From the NCBI GenBank assembly GCA_951812505.1, contig CATOSI010000001.1:750012-814011 (forward strand): DNA of 64,000 bases, written 5' to 3'. Below the pieces are notes generated by a model. The model saw only the letters and a program-made list of their open reading frames with translations. It was not told the origin of the DNA and searched no databases. Made by a program: the position numbers and the translations under genes. Below, one piece after another: positions 40,092 through 49,754 of the stretch. The stretch's first letter is position 1. Each line of letters starts with the position of its first letter. This DNA is from an uncultured Dehalococcoidia bacterium. GTDB lineage: Bacteria > Chloroflexota > Dehalococcoidia > Lucifugimonadales > UBA1123.

Positions 40092-41126
40092 ATGGCCAAA
40101 AGGACGAGAATTACCAGGCCATATCCGACCCACTCGTTTCAGGAAACGGTCCCAATTGCCGAGACGATACAGCGAGTGAACGGCGGACTTCCGGTGGAGA
40201 CTGAACTCCTGGCAGAAGCGCTTGGGACATCTGCAAGAAGCAGTTCGTTCATACAGAAACTGAACGCATCCTCTAAATACGGGCTGACCGTCGGATCGTA
40301 CTCGGACGACTTCATCCAGCTTACGGAACTCGGAGAGTCGGTTACGGCCCCGGGCAGCGCAGAGGAGCGAGAGAACTCGATCCTAGAAGCAGTGACCAGG
40401 CCTGAGGTCTTCTGCGAATTCTACCGGATATATGCCGGCAAGAGGATGCCAGAGGACATCTACGCATCAAACACGCTCGTGCGCGAACTGGGAGTACCGA
40501 GAGAGCTGACCGAGGAGTGCCTGGGCATCATCAGGCGCAATGGGCTGGTCGCCGGGATTGTTTCGGACCAGGCGGGAGTCCTAGTCGTGGGAGCAGTCGC
40601 TGATAGCGAAGAAGCCGGATACTACGCGGGAGCGGAAACTAGCCGGGACGTTCGGGACCAGGGCTCGCCTGAGGACAATGAAGGACGCTCAGCGGGCATC
40701 GGTGAGATACTTGTGGTCGGGACAGCGGAAGACTCGATTCGCGTTGAGGTCGTCGGGCTGCTGGGGGGGCTATCGGTTGCGTGCAGGACGGTGAACCTGG
40801 ACGGAACCGAGGGGCGGATTATCTCGCAGGAACTCTCCGAGGCGTTGGGATCGGCGCGCGGGTGCGTACTCGTGTGGCCGCGCGATCCTGGGCCTGACTC
40901 AGAGCGGACGCAGGACCCCTCAATATGGGCAGCGCTTGGGGCGATGTCGTACAGGGTTGGGCAAAGGCTGGTTGTCGTGCTGCGGGACGGAGGCGACACA
41001 TCCACCAATCCGGCGGAAAGCGATCCGGTCACGACGGTGATCCGAGCTGAGCCGGGCGAGAGCGTCTATCCAAAGCTGATGGGCGCGCTGGTGCAGTCCG
41101 GGATCGTCAGGATTTCAGTGGGTTGA
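40092..41126 (+). CDS. Winged-helix + degenerate TIR-like (CAP12-type nucleotide-binding) protein
   Basis: N-terminal YP.HS...LA.ALG.S..SS.F...AS.KYGLT.G...I.LTELG; the C-terminal alpha/beta domain has IWAALGA where xxxExGA is expected. Confidence 0.55.
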   Translation: MAKRTRITRPYPTHSFQETVPIAETIQRVNGGLPVETELLAEALGTSARSSSFIQKLNASSKYGLTVGSYSDDFIQLTELGESVTAPGSAEERENSILEAVTRPEVFCEFYRIYAGKRMPEDIYASNTLVRELGVPRELTEECLGIIRRNGLVAGIVSDQAGVLVVGAVADSEEAGYYAGAETSRDVRDQGSPEDNEGRSAGIGEILVVGTAEDSIRVEVVGLLGGLSVACRTVNLDGTEGRIISQELSEALGSARGCVLVWPRDPGPDSERTQDPSIWAALGAMSYRVGQRLVVVLRDGGDTSTNPAESDPVTTVIRAEPGESVYPKLMGALVQSGIVRISVG

Positions 41127-41388
41127 TATATACCAAGGTCGGCGCGGTCCGGGATCAGATAAACGTGGCGCATAATTAGTTATGTCGAGTAGAAGCGACA
41201 TAGCCTTTGAATCCAACTATACTACTTTACATAACATTTATAGTGCGAACCAACGATTGAGGACATTGGCACTACCCTTTCATCTGGTTGGCCGGTCTTC
41301 AACACATCTCATCGGTACCTTTTCGGTTCCGATATTATGTCTCGAACTCCTAATGGCCACCGTGGACCATCCATACTGTAACAGGCTC

Positions 41389-42606
41389 TCATGCTCTGGA
41401 CGGCGCAAGGAAGGCGTCGGAGTGGACGGCACCATCGAGGGCGAGCCGGGACTCGATCTTCTTAAGCAGGTCGTCTATTCCCTCTCCCTTTAGCGCTGAG
41501 ATCAGAACAGCATCCGCCGGGCCGGATGCGATGTCCGGGAGATTGTCCATGTGCCCGTTGGCGGACTGCGTCAGCAGATCAGCCTTGTTGAGGGCCATAA
41601 CGGTCGGAACGCCGTTCATGCCCATATCGTCCAGGATGGACTCGACCACGGTGACCTGCTCGGGGGCGTTGCGGTGCGTAACGTCAACGACGTGAAGCAC
41701 GAGCGTGGACTCGGATATTTCTTCCAGCGTCGCGCGGAATGCGGCAATCAGCGACGTAGGCAGCTTGTGGATGAACCCGACCGTATCGGTGAGCAGTACC
41801 GGGTTTCCCGAAGGAAGTTGAATTCTGCGAGTAACAGGGTCGAGAGTCGAAAACATCAGGTTTTCCGCTCGGACGCCCGCCCTAGTCATGCGGTTCAGCA
41901 GCGTGCTCTTGCCCGCGTTGGTGTATCCGACCAGTGAGACGACAGGAATTCCGTTGCTTGTTCTCTTAGAGCGATGCAGCCGCCGGTGGCGGCGCACATT
42001 CTCCAGATCTTTCTTGAGTTTCTGGATGCCGCCGCGCACGAGTCGCCTGTCTGTCTCTATCTGAGTTTCGCCGGGGCCCCTGGTGCCGATTCCGCCGCCG
42101 GCACCACCACCAGCGCCACCTCGGAGCCTGTCCAGGTGGGACCACTGTCCTGCGAGGCGCGGGAGAAGGTACTCCTGCTGGGCGAGTTCGACCTGAAGCC
42201 GACCCTCGCGCGTTCGAGCCCTGGAAGCGAATACATCCAGGATTAGCGCGGTGCGGTCTATCACCTTGCGTTCGGCATGGCCGCCGCTGTAGGCGAGCGC
42301 GTTTTCGAGATTGCGCTGCTGGGTGGGCGTGAGCTCGTCGTCGCATATTACGGTGTCAACGTCCAACTCTTCGCAGAGGCGCTTAATCTCCTCGAGCTTT
42401 CCCTTGCCGACATACTCCTGGGTGGGCTTGGGAACACGCTGTGAGACACGGTCGAGCACCTTCGCGCCAGCGGTCCGGGCAAGCTCCGCGAGTTCGTCGA
42501 GCGAGTCCTGGGGATTCCAGAGCAAGCGCCCACGCTTGGGAGTCGAGCTCACCAGTATGGCGCGCTCCTGCTTGGGCCTGGTAGTCTTCATTTTCCTTCT
42601 TGCCAT
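41389..42606 (-). CDS. hflX: GTPase HflX
   Basis: [55 protein letters not shown] before ATG 42606. Confidence 0.96.
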   Translation of the reverse strand: MARRKMKTTRPKQERAILVSSTPKRGRLLWNPQDSLDELAELARTAGAKVLDRVSQRVPKPTQEYVGKGKLEEIKRLCEELDVDTVICDDELTPTQQRNLENALAYSGGHAERKVIDRTALILDVFASRARTREGRLQVELAQQEYLLPRLAGQWSHLDRLRGGAGGGAGGGIGTRGPGETQIETDRRLVRGGIQKLKKDLENVRRHRRLHRSKRTSNGIPVVSLVGYTNAGKSTLLNRMTRAGVRAENLMFSTLDPVTRRIQLPSGNPVLLTDTVGFIHKLPTSLIAAFRATLEEISESTLVLHVVDVTHRNAPEQVTVVESILDDMGMNGVPTVMALNKADLLTQSANGHMDNLPDIASGPADAVLISALKGEGIDDLLKKIESRLALDGAVHSDAFLAPSRA

Positions 42607-42699
42607 GTAATCTCCTACCCTCCACACCCCGCTGGATTCCCGCTTTCGCGGGAATGATGAATGGCGGTTGGAGTGTGTCATCTTCATATGGATATGGTA

Positions 42700-43866
42700 C
42701 TAGCGGGAGCCCGTATAGGTGGCGAGCCTCCTCAGTCCCTCTTCAAGAAGATCATCCTGTATGGTGAGCGAGAAGCGAATATAGCCCTCGCCGTAATCTC
42801 CGTAGCTCGCGCCGGGTGTAACAACTATATCGCAATTTTCGAGCAACTGCTCGGCGAACTCGCCGCTGGTGAATCCTTCCGGCACTCTTGCCCAAACGTA
42901 CAGGCTCGCCTTTGGCGGATCAACCTCAAGGCCGATTTCGTCAAGAACCGCGAGAACCTTATCGCGGCGTCGCTGGTAAACGGCGTTTCGCTCGTCAATC
43001 CAGTCGTCGGTGGTGTTCAGGGCCTCGATGCCCATGTGCTGTATCGCCTGGGGGACGCCGGAGTCCAGATTCGACTTCACAATGAGCAGAGCGTTAATCA
43101 TATCGGCATTTCCGACGGCCATTCCCAGACGCCAGCCGGTCATATTGTAGGTCTTGGACAGAGAATGGAACTCCATTCCAACGTCCATGGCGCCCGGAGT
43201 CTCAAGGAATGACGGGTGCCGATAGCCGTCGAACGTGACGTCGGTATAGCAGGCGTCGTGCATAACGGCCAAGTCGTAGGACCTTGCGAATTCGACCACC
43301 TTCTCGAAGTAGTCGGGGCTGGCTATCGCGCCAGTAGGATTATTGGGATAGTTGAGCCACATGACTTTCGCCGCTCGCGCCACGTCTTCAGGAATATCCT
43401 CAAGTACGGGAAGCCAGCCGTTCTCTTCCTTGAGCGGCATCCAGTGGCACTCGCCACCAGCGAACCAGGTTCCCACCGAGTACACGGGGTAGCCGGGGTC
43501 AGGCACGAGGGCGATGTCGCCGGGCTCGATGACGCAGAGCGCGGCGTGTCCGATACCCTCCTTCGCTCCAATCAGCGAAATAACCTCAGTTTCAGGGTCG
43601 AGTGAAATGCCGAATCTTCGCTGATACCAGTCGGCAGTCGCCTTTCGGAACTCAGGCAGGCCCTCCGATTCGGGGTAGCGGTGGTTTGGCAGGTCGCCGG
43701 CGGTGTCGCGCAGGACGTCAACCACCGGCGCGGGCGTTTCGAGGTCAGGGTCTCCTATGCCGAAGGAGATTACCTCGATGCCCTCGGCGCGCTTTCGGGC
43801 GATCTTGCGGCTGATTTCGACGAACAGGTACGGTGGTATCTTCTCGACTCGGCTGGCGAAATTCAT
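42700..43866 (-). CDS. dapL: LL-diaminopimelate aminotransferase
   Basis: PPYLF, GIGDPD, GAKEGI, NYPNNPTG, SLSKTYNMTGWR; adjacent to dapF. Confidence 0.87.
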   Translation of the reverse strand: MNFASRVEKIPPYLFVEISRKIARKRAEGIEVISFGIGDPDLETPAPVVDVLRDTAGDLPNHRYPESEGLPEFRKATADWYQRRFGISLDPETEVISLIGAKEGIGHAALCVIEPGDIALVPDPGYPVYSVGTWFAGGECHWMPLKEENGWLPVLEDIPEDVARAAKVMWLNYPNNPTGAIASPDYFEKVVEFARSYDLAVMHDACYTDVTFDGYRHPSFLETPGAMDVGMEFHSLSKTYNMTGWRLGMAVGNADMINALLIVKSNLDSGVPQAIQHMGIEALNTTDDWIDERNAVYQRRRDKVLAVLDEIGLEVDPPKASLYVWARVPEGFTSGEFAEQLLENCDIVVTPGASYGDYGEGYIRFSLTIQDDLLEEGLRRLATYTGSR

Positions 43867-44407
43867 GTGAATCTCCGATTCAGTTTTTAGTTCTTAGTTT
43901 TCAGTGGTTGGGTAGGTATCTTAGCATGGCGCGGTGCGGTGTGAAACTTGCCACATGGACTGCGTAGGAGGATTGTAAAGTCGACACTATCCAGGATTCG
44001 ATCGCACCTCCCCCTGAATTCCCGCCTTCGCGGGAATGACGAAAGCGTGTCTATAAGCGAAGAACTGCAACTTTGCAATCGTCCTGTGGATTGGGCGCGT
44101 TCATATATCCCGACTTATGTCGCACTGGCGCAGCGCAGATGGACGCAACAGGTGGCGACAGGGTTTGCGCTGGTGAGTTTTCCGACCTGCGTTCGCCCAG
44201 AGTTCACCTGCGTTTAGCTTTGCGACAGGCGCTCTTGCCATCGGGTTGATCACCATTATAAATTTTCCTTTATGGAGTTGAGTCATCAGTATCCAGTTGT
44301 CAAGGGACAGCGCCGCATCTCGCCCTCTGGATTGCCGAGCGGCGAGCGATTCCCTCGAAGGAGGGAACGACGATAGCTATGCAAATATCTCCTCGGGTGA
44401 GTTTCTG

Positions 44408-44457
44408 TTGACGCAACCTATTGATATTCTCTATGATAGCAAAGAGAACTTACATTC
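44408..44457 (+). promoter_or_regulatory. Promoter with LexA-like box
   Basis: TTGACG-18 nt-TATGAT (44408-44437) followed by GAAC-TTAC-ATTC (44446-44457). Confidence 0.45.
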
Positions 44458-44496
44458 GCAAAGATGAATTCAGAATAGGAAGGGAGGAACGGCTAA

Positions 44497-44901
44497 ATGG
44501 TAGAGCAAAAACATCTGTCGGAGGGACTCGTAGAGAAAGTTCCGTGTCCGGCGACGAAGCGGAATGGAGAGGTGTGCGGGTCAAGACGGATTACGGCTTC
44601 GGGACACTGCTTCGCTCACCACCCTGAGGCGGCTAAGTGGCGGGCGATGGGAGGGAGCGCGACATCCAGCAGAAGACGCATGGCGAAGCGGATGGAAGAC
44701 GCAGGGGTGGCCCACCTGTTCAATATGCTGGAGGAGGATTTCTACAAGCTCAGCGAGAATATAACCCCCGCCAACGTCCGGACGATGGCGAAGCTGTCGG
44801 AGGTCATGCTGAAGATAGTCAAGTTCACGGAGAAATACGGGAATGACTCGGATTTCATGGATGTGGGGTGGGAAGATCCCGAAGAGTGGACACCGAACTA
44901 G
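44497..44901 (+). CDS. Hypothetical protein with an N-terminal C-x9-C...C-x2-H zinc-finger-like motif
   Basis: CPATKRNGEVC...HCFAHHP...MGG; GGAGG RBS; oriented opposite to the surrounding operon. Confidence 0.65.
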   Translation: MVEQKHLSEGLVEKVPCPATKRNGEVCGSRRITASGHCFAHHPEAAKWRAMGGSATSSRRRMAKRMEDAGVAHLFNMLEEDFYKLSENITPANVRTMAKLSEVMLKIVKFTEKYGNDSDFMDVGWEDPEEWTPN

Positions 44902-44907
44902 TGTGGG

Positions 44908-45750
44908 TCAGTAGGGCCAGTCGCCCTCAAAGACGCGGGCGACCGGGCCCTCCATGACGACCTCTCCCCGACCCGGCCATGAAACGCGCAACTCCCCGCC
45001 CGGAAGCTCCACCGTAACGTCGTCGTCAACCAGGTCGTGCAGCTTCGCGGCTACGACGGCGGCGCAGGCACCGGTCCCACAGGCGAGCGTGATGCCGGAA
45101 CCTCTCTCCCATACGCGCACCTTGATGCGGTCGCGGTCCAACACGTTCACTATCTCGTAGTTGACGCGCTCGGGGAAGAAGGGGTGATGCTCGACCATGG
45201 GGCCGATACGGGTCAGCTCGTAGTCGTCAACCGGATCGTTCATGAAGACGACGGCATGGGGATTGCCCATCGAGACGCAGTTGACCAGAATCTCGGACCC
45301 GTTGACGTTCAGCGGGTAGTCGAGCGCGAGATCCATTTCGTCGGGGGCGGCCACGGGGACCAGGGAGGGCTTCAGTATGGGTTCTCCCATGCTGACGGAC
45401 GCGCCGGTCATCACGCCGGCGTCCCAGCTGGGCCTCACAGCCAGTACACCGGCGCCCGTCTCGATTTCAAACGAGTCCGATCTGATATTCAGCGCAGAAC
45501 TATCTATACCAAAACGCACAAAGCACCGGATTCCGTTGCCGCACATCTGGCCCTCTGAGCCGTCGGCGTTGAACATTTGCATCCTGGCGTCGGCTATATC
45601 GGATTCGCGCAGGAGAATGAGGCCGTCCGAGCCAATGCCGAAGTGCCTGTCGCTGACCTGTCTGGCCACTTCGGGCCAGTCCCTACTCTGGTCGCGGGCG
45701 TCAACATATATGTAGTCGTTACCCGCACCGTGCAACTTTACGAATCTCAT
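44908..45750 (-). CDS. dapF: Diaminopimelate epimerase
   Basis: KLHGAGNDY, NADGSEGQMCGNG, SMGNPH, ERGSGITLACGTGACA. Confidence 0.97.
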   Translation of the reverse strand: MRFVKLHGAGNDYIYVDARDQSRDWPEVARQVSDRHFGIGSDGLILLRESDIADARMQMFNADGSEGQMCGNGIRCFVRFGIDSSALNIRSDSFEIETGAGVLAVRPSWDAGVMTGASVSMGEPILKPSLVPVAAPDEMDLALDYPLNVNGSEILVNCVSMGNPHAVVFMNDPVDDYELTRIGPMVEHHPFFPERVNYEIVNVLDRDRIKVRVWERGSGITLACGTGACAAVVAAKLHDLVDDDVTVELPGGELRVSWPGRGEVVMEGPVARVFEGDWPY

Positions 45751-45764
45751 GGGAATCTCCCGAT

Positions 45765-45799
45765 TCAGTTATCAGTCGTTAGTTTTCAGTTATCAGTTT
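45765..45799. repeat. Heptamer tandem repeat (TCAGTTA-like) x5; relatives at ~10083, 43880-43907, ~49591-49622
   Basis: TCAGTTA TCAGTCG TTAGTTT TCAGTTA TCAGTTT. Confidence 0.7.
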
Positions 45800-46708
45800 G
45801 ACGGCGTATTCTATGGCTGAGTCCAGCTGGGTTGGCTTGAACCAGTGGATACGCGGATCGTCGCTCCGAAACCAGTTTAGCTGCTGCCTGATGTAACGGT
45901 GTGTCCTGTACTTCGTCCTCTGTATCGCATCGGACAGATCTGCGCCGTCGAGCAGATGCTCTGCGAGTTCATGATAGCCGATTCCAGACATCGAAGACAG
46001 GTCCGGGTGGTAGCCCATAGCGATCAGACGCTCGACCTCATCAAGGAAACCCGCGTCCATCATTCTGTCCACACGGTCATCCGCGCGGTCGTAGAGCGCG
46101 GCTCTCTCCATCCCCAAGCCGATTGCGGCAAACTCGAACCAAGGCTCCAACCTCCTGGGAATATCCTGCGTTGAACCGCTGGCGGCGGCGACCTCAATAG
46201 CGCGGATAACGCGGCGCGGATTGGCTACGTCAACACGTTCAAGGGAGTCGGGATCGAGACTTCGCAGGCGGGACAGCAGGCCGTCAATCCCCTGCGATTC
46301 GAGCAAATCGTCCAGTTCGCAGCGCAGGACAGGATCGGGCGGAACGAGGGGGACGTTCCAGTTTTCGATAAGAGCCGTCACGTACTGGCCGGTTCCTCCA
46401 ACCAAGAGAGGACACTTCGCAGCAATGTTTGTGTTTAGGATTACCTTTTTTGACAAGTCTAAGAACATTCCAAGGCTGAAATCGTCGTCGGGGTCAATTA
46501 TGTTGACCAGGTGATGGGGAACGGTGGCGAGCTGGGCCTGGGTTGGCTTGGCGGTACCGATGTCCATGTGGCGGTACACCTGCCTGCTGTCCGCGCCCAC
46601 TATCTCGACATCAACATGGGCCGCGATTTTCATGGCCAACTCGGTCTTGCCGACGGCAGTCGGGCCGACGATGGCGAGAAGACGGGGGCAGACACGGTTT
46701 TCAGTCAT
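45779..46708 (-). CDS. miaA: tRNA dimethylallyltransferase
   Basis: GPTAVGKT, DSRQVY..MDIGTAKP, VGGTGQY, GIGY, RQQLNWF. Confidence 0.96.
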   Translation of the reverse strand: MTENRVCPRLLAIVGPTAVGKTELAMKIAAHVDVEIVGADSRQVYRHMDIGTAKPTQAQLATVPHHLVNIIDPDDDFSLGMFLDLSKKVILNTNIAAKCPLLVGGTGQYVTALIENWNVPLVPPDPVLRCELDDLLESQGIDGLLSRLRSLDPDSLERVDVANPRRVIRAIEVAAASGSTQDIPRRLEPWFEFAAIGLGMERAALYDRADDRVDRMMDAGFLDEVERLIAMGYHPDLSSMSGIGYHELAEHLLDGADLSDAIQRTKYRTHRYIRQQLNWFRSDDPRIHWFKPTQLDSAIEYAVKLITEN

Positions 46709-46768
46709 CGGATTTCAGTAGTCAGAATCGTGGGCGGGACTTTGGGTAACTCCTGCGGGTTGTCTTCC

Positions 46769-47566
46769 CTACACTACCAGATCGAAATGCGCGCTCCAGG
46801 AGCTGGCGAGCAGGTCGGAGACCCTGGTTTCGAGGGCTGCGCGGTGTCGTTCCTGGGGCGCTATGAAGTATGCCCTAGAACTTCCGCGGCGATAAAGCAG
46901 CGACCGGGGCAGGTTGGGCAGATCCAGGCTTGCCTTCAGGCTCTCGGCGACTTTCATCGTCTGCTCGACAGCCGTGCCTCGGCGTCCCAGGTGGTGATAG
47001 ACAATCAAGCTCTGGCCACGCTCGAAGAACGCGCGCAGGTCGTCAATGAACACGTACTTGGGGCCGGTCTTGCGCAGCGGGTCAATCGAGGCGGAGATGC
47101 CGTTGTCGGGATCGGACAGGCTGTTGTCGGGGTCAACGAACACCACATCGGCGCCGGCGGTCGCTTCAAGGGCGGCTTGGAACCAGTCGTCTCGAGCAAT
47201 CCGCCTGTCGGGCCGCGACATTCCCGCCGGAAACAACAGGCTCGGTTCATAGTAGGCCGTTTCGTCTGGAAGGATCCGGCTTCTCTGGACCGCGGCGATA
47301 TTGCGGCGGCCGGTTTCCACGAGGTGGCGCATCGTGTCGTAGAGATGGGGGTCACAAGCGCGATACCTGGCACGATTGGCGGGGATGTCGGTTAGGTAGC
47401 CGGTGTATTTGCCGTCCGCGTTGTGGGACTCGTCGGGGTAGAGATACCAGACGACGCCGAGGCGCGTCGTTTTGGCGGATGGCGGCGCTTCCTTCTGCCC
47501 CACCAGGTGGCGCAGGAGGCCATACTTTCCAAAGTCGCCTACGTCTCCAACGTATCTGTCCTGCAT
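46769..47566 (-). CDS. Conserved hypothetical protein, possibly SAM-methyltransferase-like fold
   Basis: MQDRYVGDVGDFGKYGLLR...VFVDPDN...SLIVYHH; locally higher GC. Confidence 0.65.
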   Translation of the reverse strand: MQDRYVGDVGDFGKYGLLRHLVGQKEAPPSAKTTRLGVVWYLYPDESHNADGKYTGYLTDIPANRARYRACDPHLYDTMRHLVETGRRNIAAVQRSRILPDETAYYEPSLLFPAGMSRPDRRIARDDWFQAALEATAGADVVFVDPDNSLSDPDNGISASIDPLRKTGPKYVFIDDLRAFFERGQSLIVYHHLGRRGTAVEQTMKVAESLKASLDLPNLPRSLLYRRGSSRAYFIAPQERHRAALETRVSDLLASSWSAHFDLVV

Positions 47567-47580
47567 ACGGTCCGCTCCAG

Positions 47581-48336
47581 TTATCCAGCGACTTCGGCGG
47601 CGCGGGCGACTATGGCGGCGAAAGACTGAGCGTCGAGACTCGCACCGCCAACGAGGGCACCGTCAATGTCCGGTTCGCGGACGAAGTCCTGGACATTGTC
47701 GGCGTTTACACTGCCACCATAGAGGCAGGGAACCGAGTCGGCTATTGCTCCGAAATTGGACTTCAAGGCAAATCGGATCGTTCCCAGCATGTACTGAGCG
47801 ATCTGCGGGTTGGCGGCTTCACCTGTTCCTATCGCCCAGACAGGTTCGTAGGCGACCAGAATTCCGTCGACATCCTCAATCCCTGCGAGGGAATTGAGCA
47901 ATTGCGATCTTACGACCTCTTCCGCCCTACCCGCTCGACGATCTTCCAAGGACTCGCCAACGCAAAGAATCGGCTTCAGACCGGCGTTAAGAGACGCTAC
48001 TACCTTCCTTCCAATGAATTCGTCGGACTCACTGAACAATTGACGGCGTTCCGAGTGTCCCACGATGACGAAGTCGGCGACCTCGGCGATCATATCTGGC
48101 GACACCTCGCCAGTGAATGCACCGGAACTTTCGGGGTGAACGTCCTGAGCGCCAACCCGAATATGGGATCCAGACACTATCCGAGATACTCGATCCAGTG
48201 AGACATATGGGGGACATATAATTATATCTACTGAACCATCCACGACACGCATGTCCCTAATGCCATATGCCAATATCTCAGCAGAGGCGAGGGTCGTGTT
48301 CATCTTCCAGTTGCCAACTATTGTAGATGTTGTCAT
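47581..48336 (-). CDS. tpiA: Triosephosphate isomerase
   Basis: GNWKMN, GHSERR, AYEPVWAIGTG, YGGSV, LVGGASL. Confidence 0.97.
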   Translation of the reverse strand: MTTSTIVGNWKMNTTLASAEILAYGIRDMRVVDGSVDIIICPPYVSLDRVSRIVSGSHIRVGAQDVHPESSGAFTGEVSPDMIAEVADFVIVGHSERRQLFSESDEFIGRKVVASLNAGLKPILCVGESLEDRRAGRAEEVVRSQLLNSLAGIEDVDGILVAYEPVWAIGTGEAANPQIAQYMLGTIRFALKSNFGAIADSVPCLYGGSVNADNVQDFVREPDIDGALVGGASLDAQSFAAIVARAAEVAG

Positions 48337-48376
48337 GTGGTTATATCTCTATATGTCTTTCCTTATAGTAGCGTGT

Positions 48377-49585
48377 TTATGCTCCGAATTTGTCTAGTTT
48401 GCCGGCGTGTGCCAGGAGAAGCAGGGGCAGTGACGTGGCGGGAAGGCTTCCCAGGTATCCGGTTCGACATTCGCGCTCATTGAATCCGGCGGTACCCAGT
48501 CCTTCATTTGTGTGCTGAGAATTTATCAGTAGTGGAACCGGGTGCCAACTATGCGCCGCCATGCTAGATGGTGTCGAATGATCACCGGCAATCGCAACGA
48601 CGTCGGCTCCGAGATCGAGCAGGCGCGGGACGCGCTTGTCCAGTTCTTCAAGTGTACTCACTTTTGCGTCGAAGTCTCCATCCTCCCCTGCCGCGTCCGC
48701 GGGCTTATAGTGGATGAAAAAAAAGTCGCGCTCATCAAAATGTTTGGACAGCGTGTCCAGTTCAGCGTCGAAATCGCCTCCGGTGGGGATGACATTCATC
48801 CCGAGCAGACTCGCTATGCCCCGATACATGGGGTAGGCGGCAATCGCGCCCGGGGAGAGGCTGTACCTTTCGCCGAATACGGGCCATTCGGGACGCTTGG
48901 AAAATCCGCGCATCAGTATCATATTGGCGGTATCGCGGCCTCCGAGGATATCGCGGGCTGCTTCGATGAACCGGGCTGCTTTCTTCGCTGTGCGAACAGC
49001 CGCGTCAGATTTGCCGACTGGTTCCAGAGGTTCAAAGCCGGTCCGCTGCGGATCGGTGTCTGCGACTTCCCCACTCAACCCTTCACCGCGTATTACCACG
49101 ACGAAGCGGTAGTCCTGCACCGGCTTTACGATAATCTCCACGCCCGGCACTGTGATTCTGGCCAGCTGCTCTACTAGCGGAGCGGACTCGGCAGTGGGTA
49201 TCCTCCCTGCCCTGCGGTCGGTGATGACTCCGTTCGCGTCGAGCGTGCAGAAGTTGCAGCGAACGGCGATGTCGTCGGGGCCGAGATCAACTCCGATTCC
49301 CAGTGCCTCGAGTACACCACGTCCTATAACGTACTTAAGCGGGTCGTATCCAAACAGAGCCAGGTGTCCGGGTCCGCTGCCGGGAGTTACTCCGGGGGCG
49401 ACCGGCGTGGTGACGCCACAGGCACTGCGCGAGGCAAGCGCGTCCAGATTCGGAGTGCGCGCTGTCTCTAGTTCGCTCTTGCCCGTATCCGGGTGAGGGA
49501 GTCCGCCGAGGCCGTCAACGACGAGGAGAACTATCCGCGAGTCGGTCTTGCGGCAGATTTCGCTCAAGAATGGAAAATCTATCAT
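48377..49585 (-). CDS. apgM: 2,3-BPG-independent phosphoglycerate mutase, archaeal type
   Basis: DGLGG, TPNLD, PGSGPGHLALFGYDP, GRGVLEA, GDHSTP, HSWHPVP. Confidence 0.92.
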   Translation of the reverse strand: MIDFPFLSEICRKTDSRIVLLVVDGLGGLPHPDTGKSELETARTPNLDALASRSACGVTTPVAPGVTPGSGPGHLALFGYDPLKYVIGRGVLEALGIGVDLGPDDIAVRCNFCTLDANGVITDRRAGRIPTAESAPLVEQLARITVPGVEIIVKPVQDYRFVVVIRGEGLSGEVADTDPQRTGFEPLEPVGKSDAAVRTAKKAARFIEAARDILGGRDTANMILMRGFSKRPEWPVFGERYSLSPGAIAAYPMYRGIASLLGMNVIPTGGDFDAELDTLSKHFDERDFFFIHYKPADAAGEDGDFDAKVSTLEELDKRVPRLLDLGADVVAIAGDHSTPSSMAAHSWHPVPLLINSQHTNEGLGTAGFNERECRTGYLGSLPATSLPLLLLAHAGKLDKFGA

Positions 49586-49754
49586 TGCGGAGTTATCAGC
49601 CTTTGATTGTAAGTTATCAGTTCTCGCGAGAGCTCAGTACACGCTACTATATGGCAGGAAGTCGCTGACTTACGTAATCCCGCCTTCGGAGACTTTTGCG
49701 ATACCGTGTTCCTCTTCATCTTGGAGGTCTGGGTAGATGAGTAGATGGGCAAAT

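Noticed and set aside
42607..42687. N-terminal extension of HflX containing the REP-encoded [10 protein letters not shown]
   Set aside because: A clear AGGAGA RBS precedes ATG 42606, so the REP is probably intergenic
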